Assembly: GCA_035509435.1 (NCBI GenBank)
Contig: DATJLR010000002.1
Location: 209,677 to 273,676, forward strand
Direction of reading: 5' to 3'
Source of the DNA: Minisyncoccota bacterium
Lineage (GTDB): Bacteria; Patescibacteriota; Minisyncoccia; UBA6257; 2-01-FULL-56-20
DNA: 64,000 nt
Positions 20,116 to 28,475 of the stretch are shown here, in pieces. A model generated the notes under the pieces. It ran no database searches, was not told the origin of the DNA, and saw only the letters and a program-made list of their open reading frames with translations. Made by a program: the position numbers and the translations under genes. Each line of letters starts with the position of its first letter. Within the stretch, counting starts at the first letter, position 1.

Positions 20116-20424
20116 ATGATCGGGTGCATGAAAACGAAAAATGTGGAAGCGATGCCCTCCTGGGCCGGAGCGCTGATAGAGCATTTTGACGCCAAGTTCA
20201 ACTTGCTCATTGACGGCTATGCCGCGCTGGATAAAAAGATCGATGATAAGGTCGACGGGCTTCGCGCGGAAATGAACGAGCGATTCGCGGCGGTCGATCA
20301 GCGCTTTGGCGCTATCGAACAACGGCTTGATGCCATCGAGGCACGGCTTGATTCGATCGAGTCGCGGTTTGAACAATATGATGCCCAATTCGAGGTCGTT
20401 TTTGAGGAGCTGCGCAAGCAGTAG
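20116..20424 (+). CDS. hypothetical coiled-coil protein
   Basis: 102-aa ORF with repeated heptads (IEQRLDAIEARLDSIESRFEQ). Confidence 0.45.
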   Translation: MIGCMKTKNVEAMPSWAGALIEHFDAKFNLLIDGYAALDKKIDDKVDGLRAEMNERFAAVDQRFGAIEQRLDAIEARLDSIESRFEQYDAQFEVVFEELRKQ

Positions 20425-20438
20425 GGTATAATGGACGA

Positions 20439-20849
20439 ATGGAACAGGGGATCTTCATTTCCACCAATCGCGCGCGGGTGAAACCTGCCGAGGCGGCGGC
20501 GCTCTACGTGGAGCTTGGGTGGGGGACGCCGCGCGAGTATTCCGTGGCGCGCATGCGCCGCTCGCTCGCGCATTGTGACATCGTCGTCTCCGCGCGCAAC
20601 GCCGCGGGCGAGCTCGTCGGCCTCGGCCGCGCGTTGAGCGACTTTGCGATCGACACGAAGATCCTCGACCTTGTGATCGCGCCCGAATACCAGCGCCAGG
20701 GCCTCGGCCAGGCGATGATGAAGCGCATCGCCGCCGCCGCGCGCGGCACGTCCATCTACTTCGAGACCGAGCACAAGCACTTCGCCTTCGCGAAGAAGTG
20801 CGGCTACGAAAAACGGAAAGGGCTCACCGTGTTTCGTAAAAAAAGTTGA
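20439..20849 (+). CDS. GNAT family N-acetyltransferase
   Basis: Acetyl-CoA binding motif VIAPEYQRQGLGQAMM. Confidence 0.7.
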   Translation: MEQGIFISTNRARVKPAEAAALYVELGWGTPREYSVARMRRSLAHCDIVVSARNAAGELVGLGRALSDFAIDTKILDLVIAPEYQRQGLGQAMMKRIAAAARGTSIYFETEHKHFAFAKKCGYEKRKGLTVFRKKS

Positions 20850-20898
20850 ATTTATCGCGATTTTTCATTATAGTAACGATGACGCATCGGCGTCAGCC

Positions 20899-20971
20899 GC
20901 CCCCATAGCTCAGTCGGTAGAGCAGCTCCCTTTTAAGGAGAGGGTCCCAGGTTCGAATCCTGGTGGGGGCA
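20899..20971 (+). tRNA. tRNA-Lys (anticodon UUU)
   Basis: Cloverleaf folded by hand: acceptor GCCCCCA/TGGGGGC, D-arm GCTC/GAGC, anticodon loop CTTTTAA, T-arm CCAGG-TTCGAAT-CCTGG, discriminator A. CCA is not encoded. Confidence 0.85.
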
Positions 20972-21004
20972 CGCCGCGCGGAAAGGTATCCATTCATATT
21001 TTCA

Positions 21005-21103
21005 CCTCGCTGCCGGCGGCAATGAGAGTGTCCCAGGTTCGGGAATCGGCAGCGAGGCAGTAATGAGAATAAATTCTCATTACTGCCGAGCGAACCGATT
21101 CAG
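21005..21103. repeat. compound hairpin/palindrome structure inside the 147-bp tRNA-Lys-adjacent insert
   Basis: An 11-bp stem CCTCGCTGCCG/CGGCAGCGAGG (21005-21057) encloses a copy of the tRNA T-arm half GTCCCAGGTTCG. A 32-nt perfect palindrome GGCAGTAATGAGAAT-AA-ATTCTCATTACTGCC (21056-21087) is flanked by GAATCGG/CCGATTC. Confidence 0.6.
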
Positions 21104-21118
21104 CAAATTCTTATTTGC

Positions 21119-21134
21119 AATCCTGGTGGGGGCA
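21119..21134 (+). repeat. 16-bp direct repeat of the tRNA-Lys 3' end (att-like)
   Basis: AATCCTGGTGGGGGCA is identical to 20956-20971. Confidence 0.7.
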
Positions 21135-21136
21135 CA

Positions 21137-21172
21137 AAAAAGAGGGGATGGATTCCACCGCCCTCTTTTGCC
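21137..21172. terminator. bidirectional intrinsic terminator
   Basis: AAAAAAGAGGGG-ATGGATTCCACCG-CCCTCTTTTG serves the tRNA region on plus and the HicB-like gene on minus. Confidence 0.6.
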
Positions 21173-21188
21173 GATCTTGCCAGAAATG

Positions 21189-21494
21189 CTACCCGGCTTT
21201 TTGCAGGTGCTCGTTGAAGGCGTCGATGGTGAACTTCATCGTGCCCGCGAGCTCGGAACGGTCCATGGAATCATGAGATTCCTGCTGGATCACGATGAGT
21301 TGCTTTAGGTTGTTCACGGCTTCTTCTTCGTCGGCTCCGACGCCGTCGACCGCCATGCAAAGCTCGGGCGCGCTTGCCCAGATCTTGCCGTCGCCTTCCG
21401 AAAGGACAACCCTGATCGGAGCTGAAATTTTATACGGGCTGTCGTTTCCGAGATCGTTGATGTGTCTTACGCCGACAATTCGATCCATCGCCAT
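21189..21494 (-). CDS. HicB-like / UPF0150 family protein (antitoxin-like, solo)
   Basis: Pattern …RVVLSEGDGKIWASAPELCMAVDGVGADEEEAVNNLKQLI… fits the HicB N-terminal domain. No HicA partner is seen. Confidence 0.4.
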   Translation of the reverse strand: MAMDRIVGVRHINDLGNDSPYKISAPIRVVLSEGDGKIWASAPELCMAVDGVGADEEEAVNNLKQLIVIQQESHDSMDRSELAGTMKFTIDAFNEHLQKAG

Positions 21495-21646
21495 CTCCTT
21501 TTCCTACGACTGATTTAAGGATACCTTGGATTCGGCTTTGGTCAAGGATAAAAGGATAATATGAGAAGATGTAGGAGAATAAAAATACGCGCAGGGGAGA
21601 AGGATCATTGGCCGCCCTCTCCTTCTGCGCGTACGTGGATCAACCG

Positions 21647-22030
21647 CTACTGGGCCGCTGGCAGGATCTGCCACGCCTCCTGCTCGTGAGGCGATCCGAA
21701 GTTCTTGTGGCGGACCAGGGTGCCATCGGGATAAATATCATAGTCGATGGCATCTCCTTGATAGGCGCCCGAGACGACGAGCCAGTTGAGGCACGCTCCT
21801 CCATCGGGCGTGGTCCGGAACGTGATCTTGATCGTCGCCCTGGCGTCGAAATCCCGGTGGAATTCCGCGACGTTCGACATGGCGCGGGTGTTGGCCACCG
21901 TAATGGCGTGCTGTACAAGCCCGAGACGAAGCGCCTCGGTCGCTTTTTTATTTGCCTGGACACTGTTCCAGAGCGCGATACCGCTCACTGCCAAAGTGGC
22001 GGCAAAGAAAAGTGCTATCAATGTGCGCAT
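21647..22030 (-). CDS. hypothetical small secreted protein
   Basis: Signal peptide MRTLIALFFAATLAVSGIALWNSVQA. A terminator hairpin follows on the minus strand at 21585-21630. Confidence 0.5.
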   Translation of the reverse strand: MRTLIALFFAATLAVSGIALWNSVQANKKATEALRLGLVQHAITVANTRAMSNVAEFHRDFDARATIKITFRTTPDGGACLNWLVVSGAYQGDAIDYDIYPDGTLVRHKNFGSPHEQEAWQILPAAQ

Positions 22031-22115
22031 GCATACCTCGCGCGGAGATTATAATATATGGATTTATATGAGTCAACGTTATAGGCATTTTTATTATCTT
22101 TGCTATACTTACCCC

Positions 22116-22706
22116 ATGCCGAACCGCGACTTAGAATTTCTTTTTGAGATAGGGACCCTGCGCAACGTTGAGCGCGGGTGGAAGCAGCACCTTGCCGTAA
22201 AGTGTGCGACCGATCCGGAGCACAGTTTTCGCGTTGCGTTCATCGCGCTCCTGCTTGCGCGCAAGGAAGGCGTCAAAAACGAGGAGAAGATCATCAAGAT
22301 GGCGCTCGTGCATGACCTTGCGGAGACGCGCGTGTCGGATCACAGCTATATGCAAAAGGTGTACGTGACGTCCGACGAGGAGCGCGCCGCGCAGGACCTT
22401 TTTGCAGGCACCGCGCTCGATGACCTACGGAGCGAAATTTTGAACGAGTATGAGGCGCGCCAGACGATCGAATCAAAGATCGTAAAAGACGCCGATAACC
22501 TCGACGTGGACCTTGAGCTCAAAGAGCTGGAGGAGCACGGCTCGCAGCTGCCGCGCAAGTGGGCCGCAACGCGGCGCATCGTCCGCGACGAGAAGCTTTA
22601 CACACAGGCGGCGAAGGACCTTTGGGACGAGCTACAGGCGGCCGATCCATCCAGCTGGCACCTTACAAGCAACAAGTGGTTCAAGATTCCCGGAGCGGGG
22701 AAGTAG
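22116..22706 (+). CDS. HD-domain phosphohydrolase (YfbR-like 5'-deoxynucleotidase family)
   Basis: H…HD motif (EHSFRVAFIALLLA…MALVHDLAETRVSD). Start refined to ATG 22116 behind a TATACT -10. Confidence 0.7.
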   Translation: MPNRDLEFLFEIGTLRNVERGWKQHLAVKCATDPEHSFRVAFIALLLARKEGVKNEEKIIKMALVHDLAETRVSDHSYMQKVYVTSDEERAAQDLFAGTALDDLRSEILNEYEARQTIESKIVKDADNLDVDLELKELEEHGSQLPRKWAATRRIVRDEKLYTQAAKDLWDELQAADPSSWHLTSNKWFKIPGAGK

Positions 22707-22749
22707 CGCCACTCGCCGCCATTTGCCTCCGTGGTAAACTAAAAGAGCA

Positions 22750-23223
22750 ATGGACCAACCGACCTGGCCGCCAGAATCATCGTCCGGACCGCAACCTGCG
22801 GTGCCGGTGCCGCAGCCGAATGCCACTGCTCCCATGCAGCCACAGGCAGGCGCGCCGGGCATGGGCGTCGCCGTGTCGTTCATCTGTCCGCGCTGCCATT
22901 TTCCGGTAAAGCCGGAATATTATTTTTGTCCCAATTGCGGCGTGAAGCTGACCGAACCGCCGATCGGCGTCGGCCTCTTGGACCAGCTCTTGCTCTATGC
23001 GTTCAGTATCATCCTGCCGTGGATCGCGTATCTCGCGATCACGAAATGGCAGGGGATCAAATATCTCCGCTCGGCGGATGCGCGCGCGAAGCAGATCGGA
23101 CTCATCGCGCTCATCTTGCTCGTCGCGTCGAGCGTCGTGGCGTTCTGGCTGACGTACCAATGGATCGAAGGAACGGTCCAATCATCGGTGAACGCCGTCA
23201 ACAGTAATTTAGGAGGGTTTTGA
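22750..23223 (+). CDS. zinc-ribbon membrane protein
   Basis: P/Q-rich N-terminus, CPRC…CPNC zinc ribbon, two TM helices. Confidence 0.5.
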   Translation: MDQPTWPPESSSGPQPAVPVPQPNATAPMQPQAGAPGMGVAVSFICPRCHFPVKPEYYFCPNCGVKLTEPPIGVGLLDQLLLYAFSIILPWIAYLAITKWQGIKYLRSADARAKQIGLIALILLVASSVVAFWLTYQWIEGTVQSSVNAVNSNLGGF

Positions 23224-23873
23224 CCGTGGGCCGCACGAGGTGGGTGATCGGCATTGACGAAGTGGGCCGCGGCGCATTGGCGGGGCCGGTGACGGTGGCC
23301 GCGGCGATGATCGCGCTCGGCGCGCGCGGCCGCGTCGCGCACGCGCCCTTCCGGACATTAAAAGATTCTAAAAAGCTGAGCGCGGCGCAGCGCGAGGCGT
23401 GGGCGCGTGAGCTGCGCGCGAATGAGGGCGTCCGCTTCGCGGTCGCGCGCGTGTATCCGCGCGGGATAGAGCGCCTGAACATCTCCGCGGCCGCGAACCG
23501 CGCCGCGCTCCGCGCCTTCACGCGATTGTCAAAAGACCATAAAATCCCGCCGGACACGGGCATATTCCTTGACGGCGGCCTCTTTCTCGGCAGCCGGGCA
23601 TGGCAGGAAGGCGCCGTAGCGGCGCGTGAGATCGTGGCCGCGACCGTCGTGAAGGGCGACGAAACGGTGCCGGCGGTCGCCGCGGCGTCCATCATCGCAA
23701 AGGTCTCGCGCGACGCCTTCATGCGCCGCCTGGCGAAAAAACATCCCGCGTACGGCTTTGAGGTGCACAAGGGCTATGGCACCGCCGCCCATCGCCGCGC
23801 GATCAAAAAGAACGGCCCGTGCGACGCGCACCGGTTGACTTTTCTTGCAAAAAGGCCTACCATGAACAGATAA
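23220..23873 (+). CDS. rnhB: ribonuclease HII
   Basis: Catalytic N-terminus VIGIDEVGRGALAGPV. Confidence 0.85.
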   Translation: MTVGRTRWVIGIDEVGRGALAGPVTVAAAMIALGARGRVAHAPFRTLKDSKKLSAAQREAWARELRANEGVRFAVARVYPRGIERLNISAAANRAALRAFTRLSKDHKIPPDTGIFLDGGLFLGSRAWQEGAVAAREIVAATVVKGDETVPAVAAASIIAKVSRDAFMRRLAKKHPAYGFEVHKGYGTAAHRRAIKKNGPCDAHRLTFLAKRPTMNR

Positions 23874-23896
23874 TTAATTAACTTTTAACTCTATTT

Positions 23897-24049
23897 ATGG
23901 GTGGCGTACCAACCAAGCATCATACTCGCAGCAAGACCGGCAACCGCCGCTCGCATCTTGCGATGAAGAAGCAGAAGCTCCTCGTCTGCAAGAATTGCGG
24001 CGCTCCGCGCAAGCCGCACCGGACCTGCCCGCAGTGCGGAAAAATGTAG
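23897..24049 (+). CDS. rpmF: 50S ribosomal protein L32
   Basis: 50-aa ORF MGGVPTKHHTRSKTGNRRSHLAMKK…CKNCG…CPQCG, basic with a CxxC…CxxC arrangement. It is below the ORF-track size cutoff. Confidence 0.75.
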   Translation: MGGVPTKHHTRSKTGNRRSHLAMKKQKLLVCKNCGAPRKPHRTCPQCGKM

Positions 24050-24105
24050 TATCCTTATAGAATGAGTCAGTCGCTCTTTGCAGAAATCGCACCTTCCTAA
24101 ATCCC

Positions 24106-24546
24106 ATGGCCACACGACACCTCATACGAACCGTCGTCCTCCAATCGCTTTACGAGTGGGATTTTTATGGGCAAAAGAAGGACATCACCGAGATCCTGGA
24201 GCGCAACATGAACGAGTTCGCGCCGGGCGTGGACGAGCCGGAGTTCGGCTGGAAGATATTGCAGGGCGTCGCCATGCATCTTAAAGATATCGATGCGGTG
24301 ATCCGCCGCGCCGCGCCGGAGTGGCCGCTCGAAAAGATCGCGGTGATCGATCGCAACATTTTGCGCATCGGCCTCTACGAGCTGCTCTACGCGGACCCGA
24401 ACGAAGTGCCGCCCAAGGTGGCGATCAACGAGGCGATCGAGCTCGCCAAGAATTACGGCGGCCCGAACGCCGCGCGGTTCGTGAACGGCGTGTTGGGGAC
24501 GGTGTACCGGGAGAAGGTTCCTGCGGCAAGCGGCGGACCACAATAG
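24106..24546 (+). CDS. nusB: transcription antitermination factor NusB
   Basis: [19 protein letters not shown]… NusB fold, 146 aa. Confidence 0.85.
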   Translation: MATRHLIRTVVLQSLYEWDFYGQKKDITEILERNMNEFAPGVDEPEFGWKILQGVAMHLKDIDAVIRRAAPEWPLEKIAVIDRNILRIGLYELLYADPNEVPPKVAINEAIELAKNYGGPNAARFVNGVLGTVYREKVPAASGGPQ

Positions 24547-24560
24547 CGGGAGTATTTATC

Positions 24561-25253
24561 ATGTCTTTATCATCCGACGAACTTGAAAAGAATATCGGGA
24601 TCACGTTCAACAACAAGGACCTTTTGACGGAAGCGCTCACGCACCGCTCGTATCTCAACGAATACCCGCGATGGCCGCTCCCGCATAACGAACGGCTGGA
24701 ATATCTGGGCGACGCCGTCCTGGAGCTTTTTGTTTCCGAGGAACTGTTCCGCCGTTTTCCGCGCGAGCAGGAAGGCCAGCTTACGGTGTTCCGCGCGGCG
24801 CTCGTCAACTATCAGATATTGGCGAAGGTGGCCGAGCGGATCGACCTCCAGAAATTCATTCTGATGTCGCGCGGCGAAAAGAAAGACACCGGCCGCGCGC
24901 GCGAGGTCATCCTCGCGAACGCGATGGAGGCGCTCGCCGGCGCGATCTATCTTGACCAGGGATTCGAGGCGATGCGCCCCTTTGTGGAAAAATTCGTGAT
25001 GAGCAACCTGGACGAAGTGCTCAAGAACAAGACATACAAAGACGCCAAGAGCGAGCTCCAGGAGATGATCCAGGAAAAGATGAAGCTCACTCCCACGTAT
25101 CGCACGCAGGACGAGACCGGCCCCGCGCACAAGCGCATTTTTACGATGGGCGTCTATTTTGGCGACAAGCTGATCGCGGAAGGGAGCGGCCCGTCCAAGC
25201 AGGAAGCGGAGCTCGAGGCCGCAAAGAACGCGCTCAAGAAAAACCATAAATAG
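24561..25253 (+). CDS. rnc: ribonuclease III
   Basis: RNase III signature ERLEYLGDAVLELFVSEELF and a C-terminal dsRBD. Start refined to ATG 24561. Confidence 0.9.
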   Translation: MSLSSDELEKNIGITFNNKDLLTEALTHRSYLNEYPRWPLPHNERLEYLGDAVLELFVSEELFRRFPREQEGQLTVFRAALVNYQILAKVAERIDLQKFILMSRGEKKDTGRAREVILANAMEALAGAIYLDQGFEAMRPFVEKFVMSNLDEVLKNKTYKDAKSELQEMIQEKMKLTPTYRTQDETGPAHKRIFTMGVYFGDKLIAEGSGPSKQEAELEAAKNALKKNHK

Positions 25254-25269
25254 CCGTGCGAATTTTATC

Positions 25270-27579
25270 ATGTCAGAATCACACTTTCTCAAGCGGCTCG
25301 AACTGAACGGATTCAAATCATTCGCGGGGAAGACCGTGCTGGAGTTTCCGGCGGGGATCGTGGCGGTCGTGGGGCCGAACGGCTCCGGGAAGTCGAATAT
25401 CGTGGACGCACTGCGGTGGCTTTTGGGTGAGCGTGACGCGAAGAATCTGCGCGGCGCGCGCGTGGAAGACCTGATCTTCGCGGGGACGCAGAAGCGCGCC
25501 CGCGTCGGCATGGCGCAGGCCAGCTTATTTTTTGAGAACAAGAACAAGTTCTTTCCGGTGGATTTCGAGGAGGTGGTCGTGTCGCGCCAGATCGACCGTT
25601 CCGGCAATAGTAAATATTATCTTAACAAGTCGGAGATATTGCTGCGGGACCTGATCGACTTTTTCGCAAAGGCGCGGCTCGGCTCGCGCGGGCTCATCAT
25701 CATCGGACAGGGCGACAGCGACCTTTTCATCCGTTCCACGCCGCTCGAGCGCCGCGAAATGATAGAAGAGATCCTCGGCTTGCGTGAATATCAGATCAAG
25801 AAAGCCGATGCGGAGCGAAGGTTAAAAAATTCTAAAATAAATCTTGACAAAGTAACGGCGCTCATCGAAGAGATCGAGCCGCATTTGCGCTCGCTCAAGC
25901 GCCAGACCGGACGCTGGGAGCGCCGCGGGGCGTTGGAAGAAGAATTGCGCTCGCTCGAGAATGCGTTCTTTGGCTCGCAGCTGCACGACCTGCGGGTGAA
26001 GGGCTCGCAGGTGGAGGAGCGCGTTGCGGCGCACGCAAAGCAATATGAGGTTTTGGAAAAAGAGAAGAGCGCCGCGGAAACGCGCCAGACGGCCATCGAG
26101 GAGAGCCAGCCGGAGGAGCGCAAGCGCCTGGCGAAGATAAAAGAGGAAGTGACCGCGCTCATGGACGCCCGGAGCAAGCTGCAAAAAAGCGTGGGGCGCA
26201 TCGAGGCGGAGATCGAGATGGCAAAGCGATCCGGCGCCGCGGCATCCGCGCGGGGCGGCGGCGATGACCGCTCGTCAGAGCGCTTCATCGATGTTCTGGA
26301 AAAGATCAAAGCCGAATTGGAATCGGTGTTGAACGAAGAGCCGCTCGCGGTGCTCTCTACTATCGAGACGGTGTTGGAAGAGATCACGTTTGCGCTCGAA
26401 GAAAAAGACGAGCCGCGCACTGCCGGCAATAAAACCGCGGCCAAGGAAAGCGAGGGCGCAGTGCCGGAGCCGTTGCGTCGCGAGTTCGAGCAGGCGGCGA
26501 AGGAGCTCGCCGAGATGGAAAAGAGCATCGCCGCGCTCCGCGCGCGCGAGAAAGAGCTGGAATCCAGCCAGGAAGATTTTTACGCTACATTCAAGGGAGC
26601 TGTCGCCGACGTTCAGCAGGCGCAGGGAAAGCTCGACGCGTGGGAAAAGATCAATCGCGAGCTCCAGCTCGAAAAAGAGCGCATCGACCTGCGCCGCGAG
26701 GACGTTTTGCACCAGATCGACCAGGCCGGCCGCAAAGCGGAGGAATTCCGCACGGATGGCAATGAAGGCATGTCGCTCGAGGATGCGGTCAAGGCAACCG
26801 CCGCCGCGGGTTTTTCCGGCAGCTTGTCCGACATGGAGCACCGCATCTTCCGCCTGCGCGGCGACCTTGCGAGCATCGGTGAAGTGGACCACGCGCTCAT
26901 GAAGGAGGCCGAGGACACCGCCAAGCGCCACGAGTTCCTCCTCAAAGAATCGGAGGACCTCAATAAGGCCGTCGCGGACCTGACCGCGCTCATGCACGAG
27001 CTGAACGAGAAGATCAAGAGCGAATTCGACAAGTCGCTTTCAAAGATCAACGACGAGTTCGCAAAGTTCTTCGCGCTCATGTTCGACGGGGGATCGGCAA
27101 AGCTGAAAGTGCTGAAGCCCAAAGCCGAGCGCACGGCCGAAGACGATGAGGATGATGGCGCCGGCGCGCGCGAAAGCGCTGACGTCAAAGACACGGGCGA
27201 GCAGACGGAGGACGAGATCTATCAGGAAAAGAACGGCGGCGTGGAGATCGAGATTAAGCTGCCGCGCAAGAAGACGACGTCGCTCGACATGCTTTCCGGC
27301 GGCGAGCGGTCGCTCGTGGGCATCGCCGCGCTCTTTGCGATGGTGTCGGTGAGCCCGCCGCCGTTCCTCGTGCTCGACGAGATCGACGCGCCGCTCGATG
27401 AGCGCAACGCGCGCCGCTTCGGCACGATGCTCAAGGACTTCTCCAAGCGAACGCAGTTCATCGTCGTCACGCACAACCGCGCCACGATGGAGGCCGCCAA
27501 CATCCTTTATGGCGTCACGTTGGCCGAAGACGGCAGCTCAAAGGTGGTGTCGCTCAAGCTGGAGCCGGAGGGGGCTTAA
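25270..27579 (+). CDS. smc: SMC-family chromosome segregation ATPase (short 769-aa variant, no obvious hinge)
   Basis: N-terminal Walker A GPNGSGKSN, long coiled coils, C-terminal LSGGERSLVGIA and Walker B FLVLDEIDAPLDE. The rnc-smc synteny is conserved. Confidence 0.7.
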   Translation: MSESHFLKRLELNGFKSFAGKTVLEFPAGIVAVVGPNGSGKSNIVDALRWLLGERDAKNLRGARVEDLIFAGTQKRARVGMAQASLFFENKNKFFPVDFEEVVVSRQIDRSGNSKYYLNKSEILLRDLIDFFAKARLGSRGLIIIGQGDSDLFIRSTPLERREMIEEILGLREYQIKKADAERRLKNSKINLDKVTALIEEIEPHLRSLKRQTGRWERRGALEEELRSLENAFFGSQLHDLRVKGSQVEERVAAHAKQYEVLEKEKSAAETRQTAIEESQPEERKRLAKIKEEVTALMDARSKLQKSVGRIEAEIEMAKRSGAAASARGGGDDRSSERFIDVLEKIKAELESVLNEEPLAVLSTIETVLEEITFALEEKDEPRTAGNKTAAKESEGAVPEPLRREFEQAAKELAEMEKSIAALRAREKELESSQEDFYATFKGAVADVQQAQGKLDAWEKINRELQLEKERIDLRREDVLHQIDQAGRKAEEFRTDGNEGMSLEDAVKATAAAGFSGSLSDMEHRIFRLRGDLASIGEVDHALMKEAEDTAKRHEFLLKESEDLNKAVADLTALMHELNEKIKSEFDKSLSKINDEFAKFFALMFDGGSAKLKVLKPKAERTAEDDEDDGAGARESADVKDTGEQTEDEIYQEKNGGVEIEIKLPRKKTTSLDMLSGGERSLVGIAALFAMVSVSPPPFLVLDEIDAPLDERNARRFGTMLKDFSKRTQFIVVTHNRATMEAANILYGVTLAEDGSSKVVSLKLEPEGA

Positions 27580-27643
27580 GGTTGTAGTAACGGAAATGGA
27601 CCAAGAAGAAGTGGATTGATTTAGGCGAAATGTAAGGTATTTT

Positions 27644-27680
27644 TTGGATGTCTAACTCCCGCCTCAGCAATGCGAATGCC
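27644..27680. repeat. degenerate partial copy of the tRNA-Ala 3' portion
   Basis: The 27-nt stretch AACTCCCGCCTCAGCAATGCGAATGCC (27654-27680) is identical to 28353-28379 inside the tRNA-Ala gene. The TTGGA upstream may correspond to the tRNA 3' end with a 14-nt deletion. Confidence 0.6.
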
Positions 27681-27684
27681 ATTG

Positions 27685-28320
27685 TTATTTTGCTAAAGTC
27701 AAAGCTTTCAGTCTATCGAGATAAATCGTAGCTCTTTCTTGTTGCCGTTCATCCGCGATCTTTGAGATTGCAGCTTCAAGTTTTTCTTCGTCAAATCCAC
27801 GAGGATTTTTCGTCTGCCAGTCAGCGTCTTCGAGGTGGACATCATCAAGGTAGATGAGTGCGTCGCCATTTTCGCTGTATGTGAAGTTGCACGTCGTCGT
27901 GTCTATCTCAACGCCCAGCTCTTCCAATGATCCGATCAGCTGTTTATATTTCGGATCTTCATAGATCTTATCCGATGCGTCACTTGCCTTTAGATAGGCT
28001 TCTTTCGGAATCTCGCCTAACTTTGCTTCGAGTTCTCCGGCGTGTTGGATTGATTGGTGTAGGGGATCAAGAATTACTCTTTCGCGGCGGGTGGCCTGAG
28101 GATTTGATGTCGCAAGATCTACGTCTGGTATATTTTGAGGGAAAAGAATGTGGAGTATCTTCTTCAGATAGAACCTCGCTTTTATCTTCCTTTCGCGATC
28201 TTCGGTATCTTCTTTTCCTTCTTTGCGTATAGCAATGACTCGATTTGGATTATTAGAATCCTCATGGACGTCATTATCAGACCCTCCTCCAATTCGTTCT
28301 CCTGCGCCAAACTTTTTCAT
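27685..28320 (-). CDS. hypothetical protein encoded in a low-GC islet
   Basis: 211-aa acidic ORF in a roughly 40% GC segment bounded by the tRNA-Ala gene and its partial repeat. Confidence 0.5.
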   Translation of the reverse strand: MKKFGAGERIGGGSDNDVHEDSNNPNRVIAIRKEGKEDTEDRERKIKARFYLKKILHILFPQNIPDVDLATSNPQATRRERVILDPLHQSIQHAGELEAKLGEIPKEAYLKASDASDKIYEDPKYKQLIGSLEELGVEIDTTTCNFTYSENGDALIYLDDVHLEDADWQTKNPRGFDEEKLEAAISKIADERQQERATIYLDRLKALTLAK

Positions 28321-28334
28321 TAGAGTTGATTTTG

Positions 28335-28405
28335 TGGACCCGGGGAGAATCGAACTCCCGCCTCAGCAATGCGAATGCCGCGTTATACCACTTAACTACG
28401 GGCCC
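28335..28405 (-). tRNA. tRNA-Ala (anticodon CGC)
   Basis: Reverse complement folds as acceptor GGGCCCG/CGGGTCC with the G3:U70 Ala identity pair, D-arm GTTA/TAAC, anticodon loop TTCGCAT, T-arm GGGAG-TTCGATT-CTCCC. Confidence 0.85.
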
Positions 28406-28475
28406 GTCCCATCGCACATAACTATAAAGAAAATGGTAATAATTTCAAGCCCGATACGTTATACTATATATCACT

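Noticed and set aside
21189-23873. Genomic island downstream of tRNA-Lys
   Set aside because: The genes beyond the 147-bp insert (HD hydrolase, rnhB, rpmF, nusB, rnc) are core housekeeping genes with native GC. Only the short insert and the HicB-like gene look acquired.
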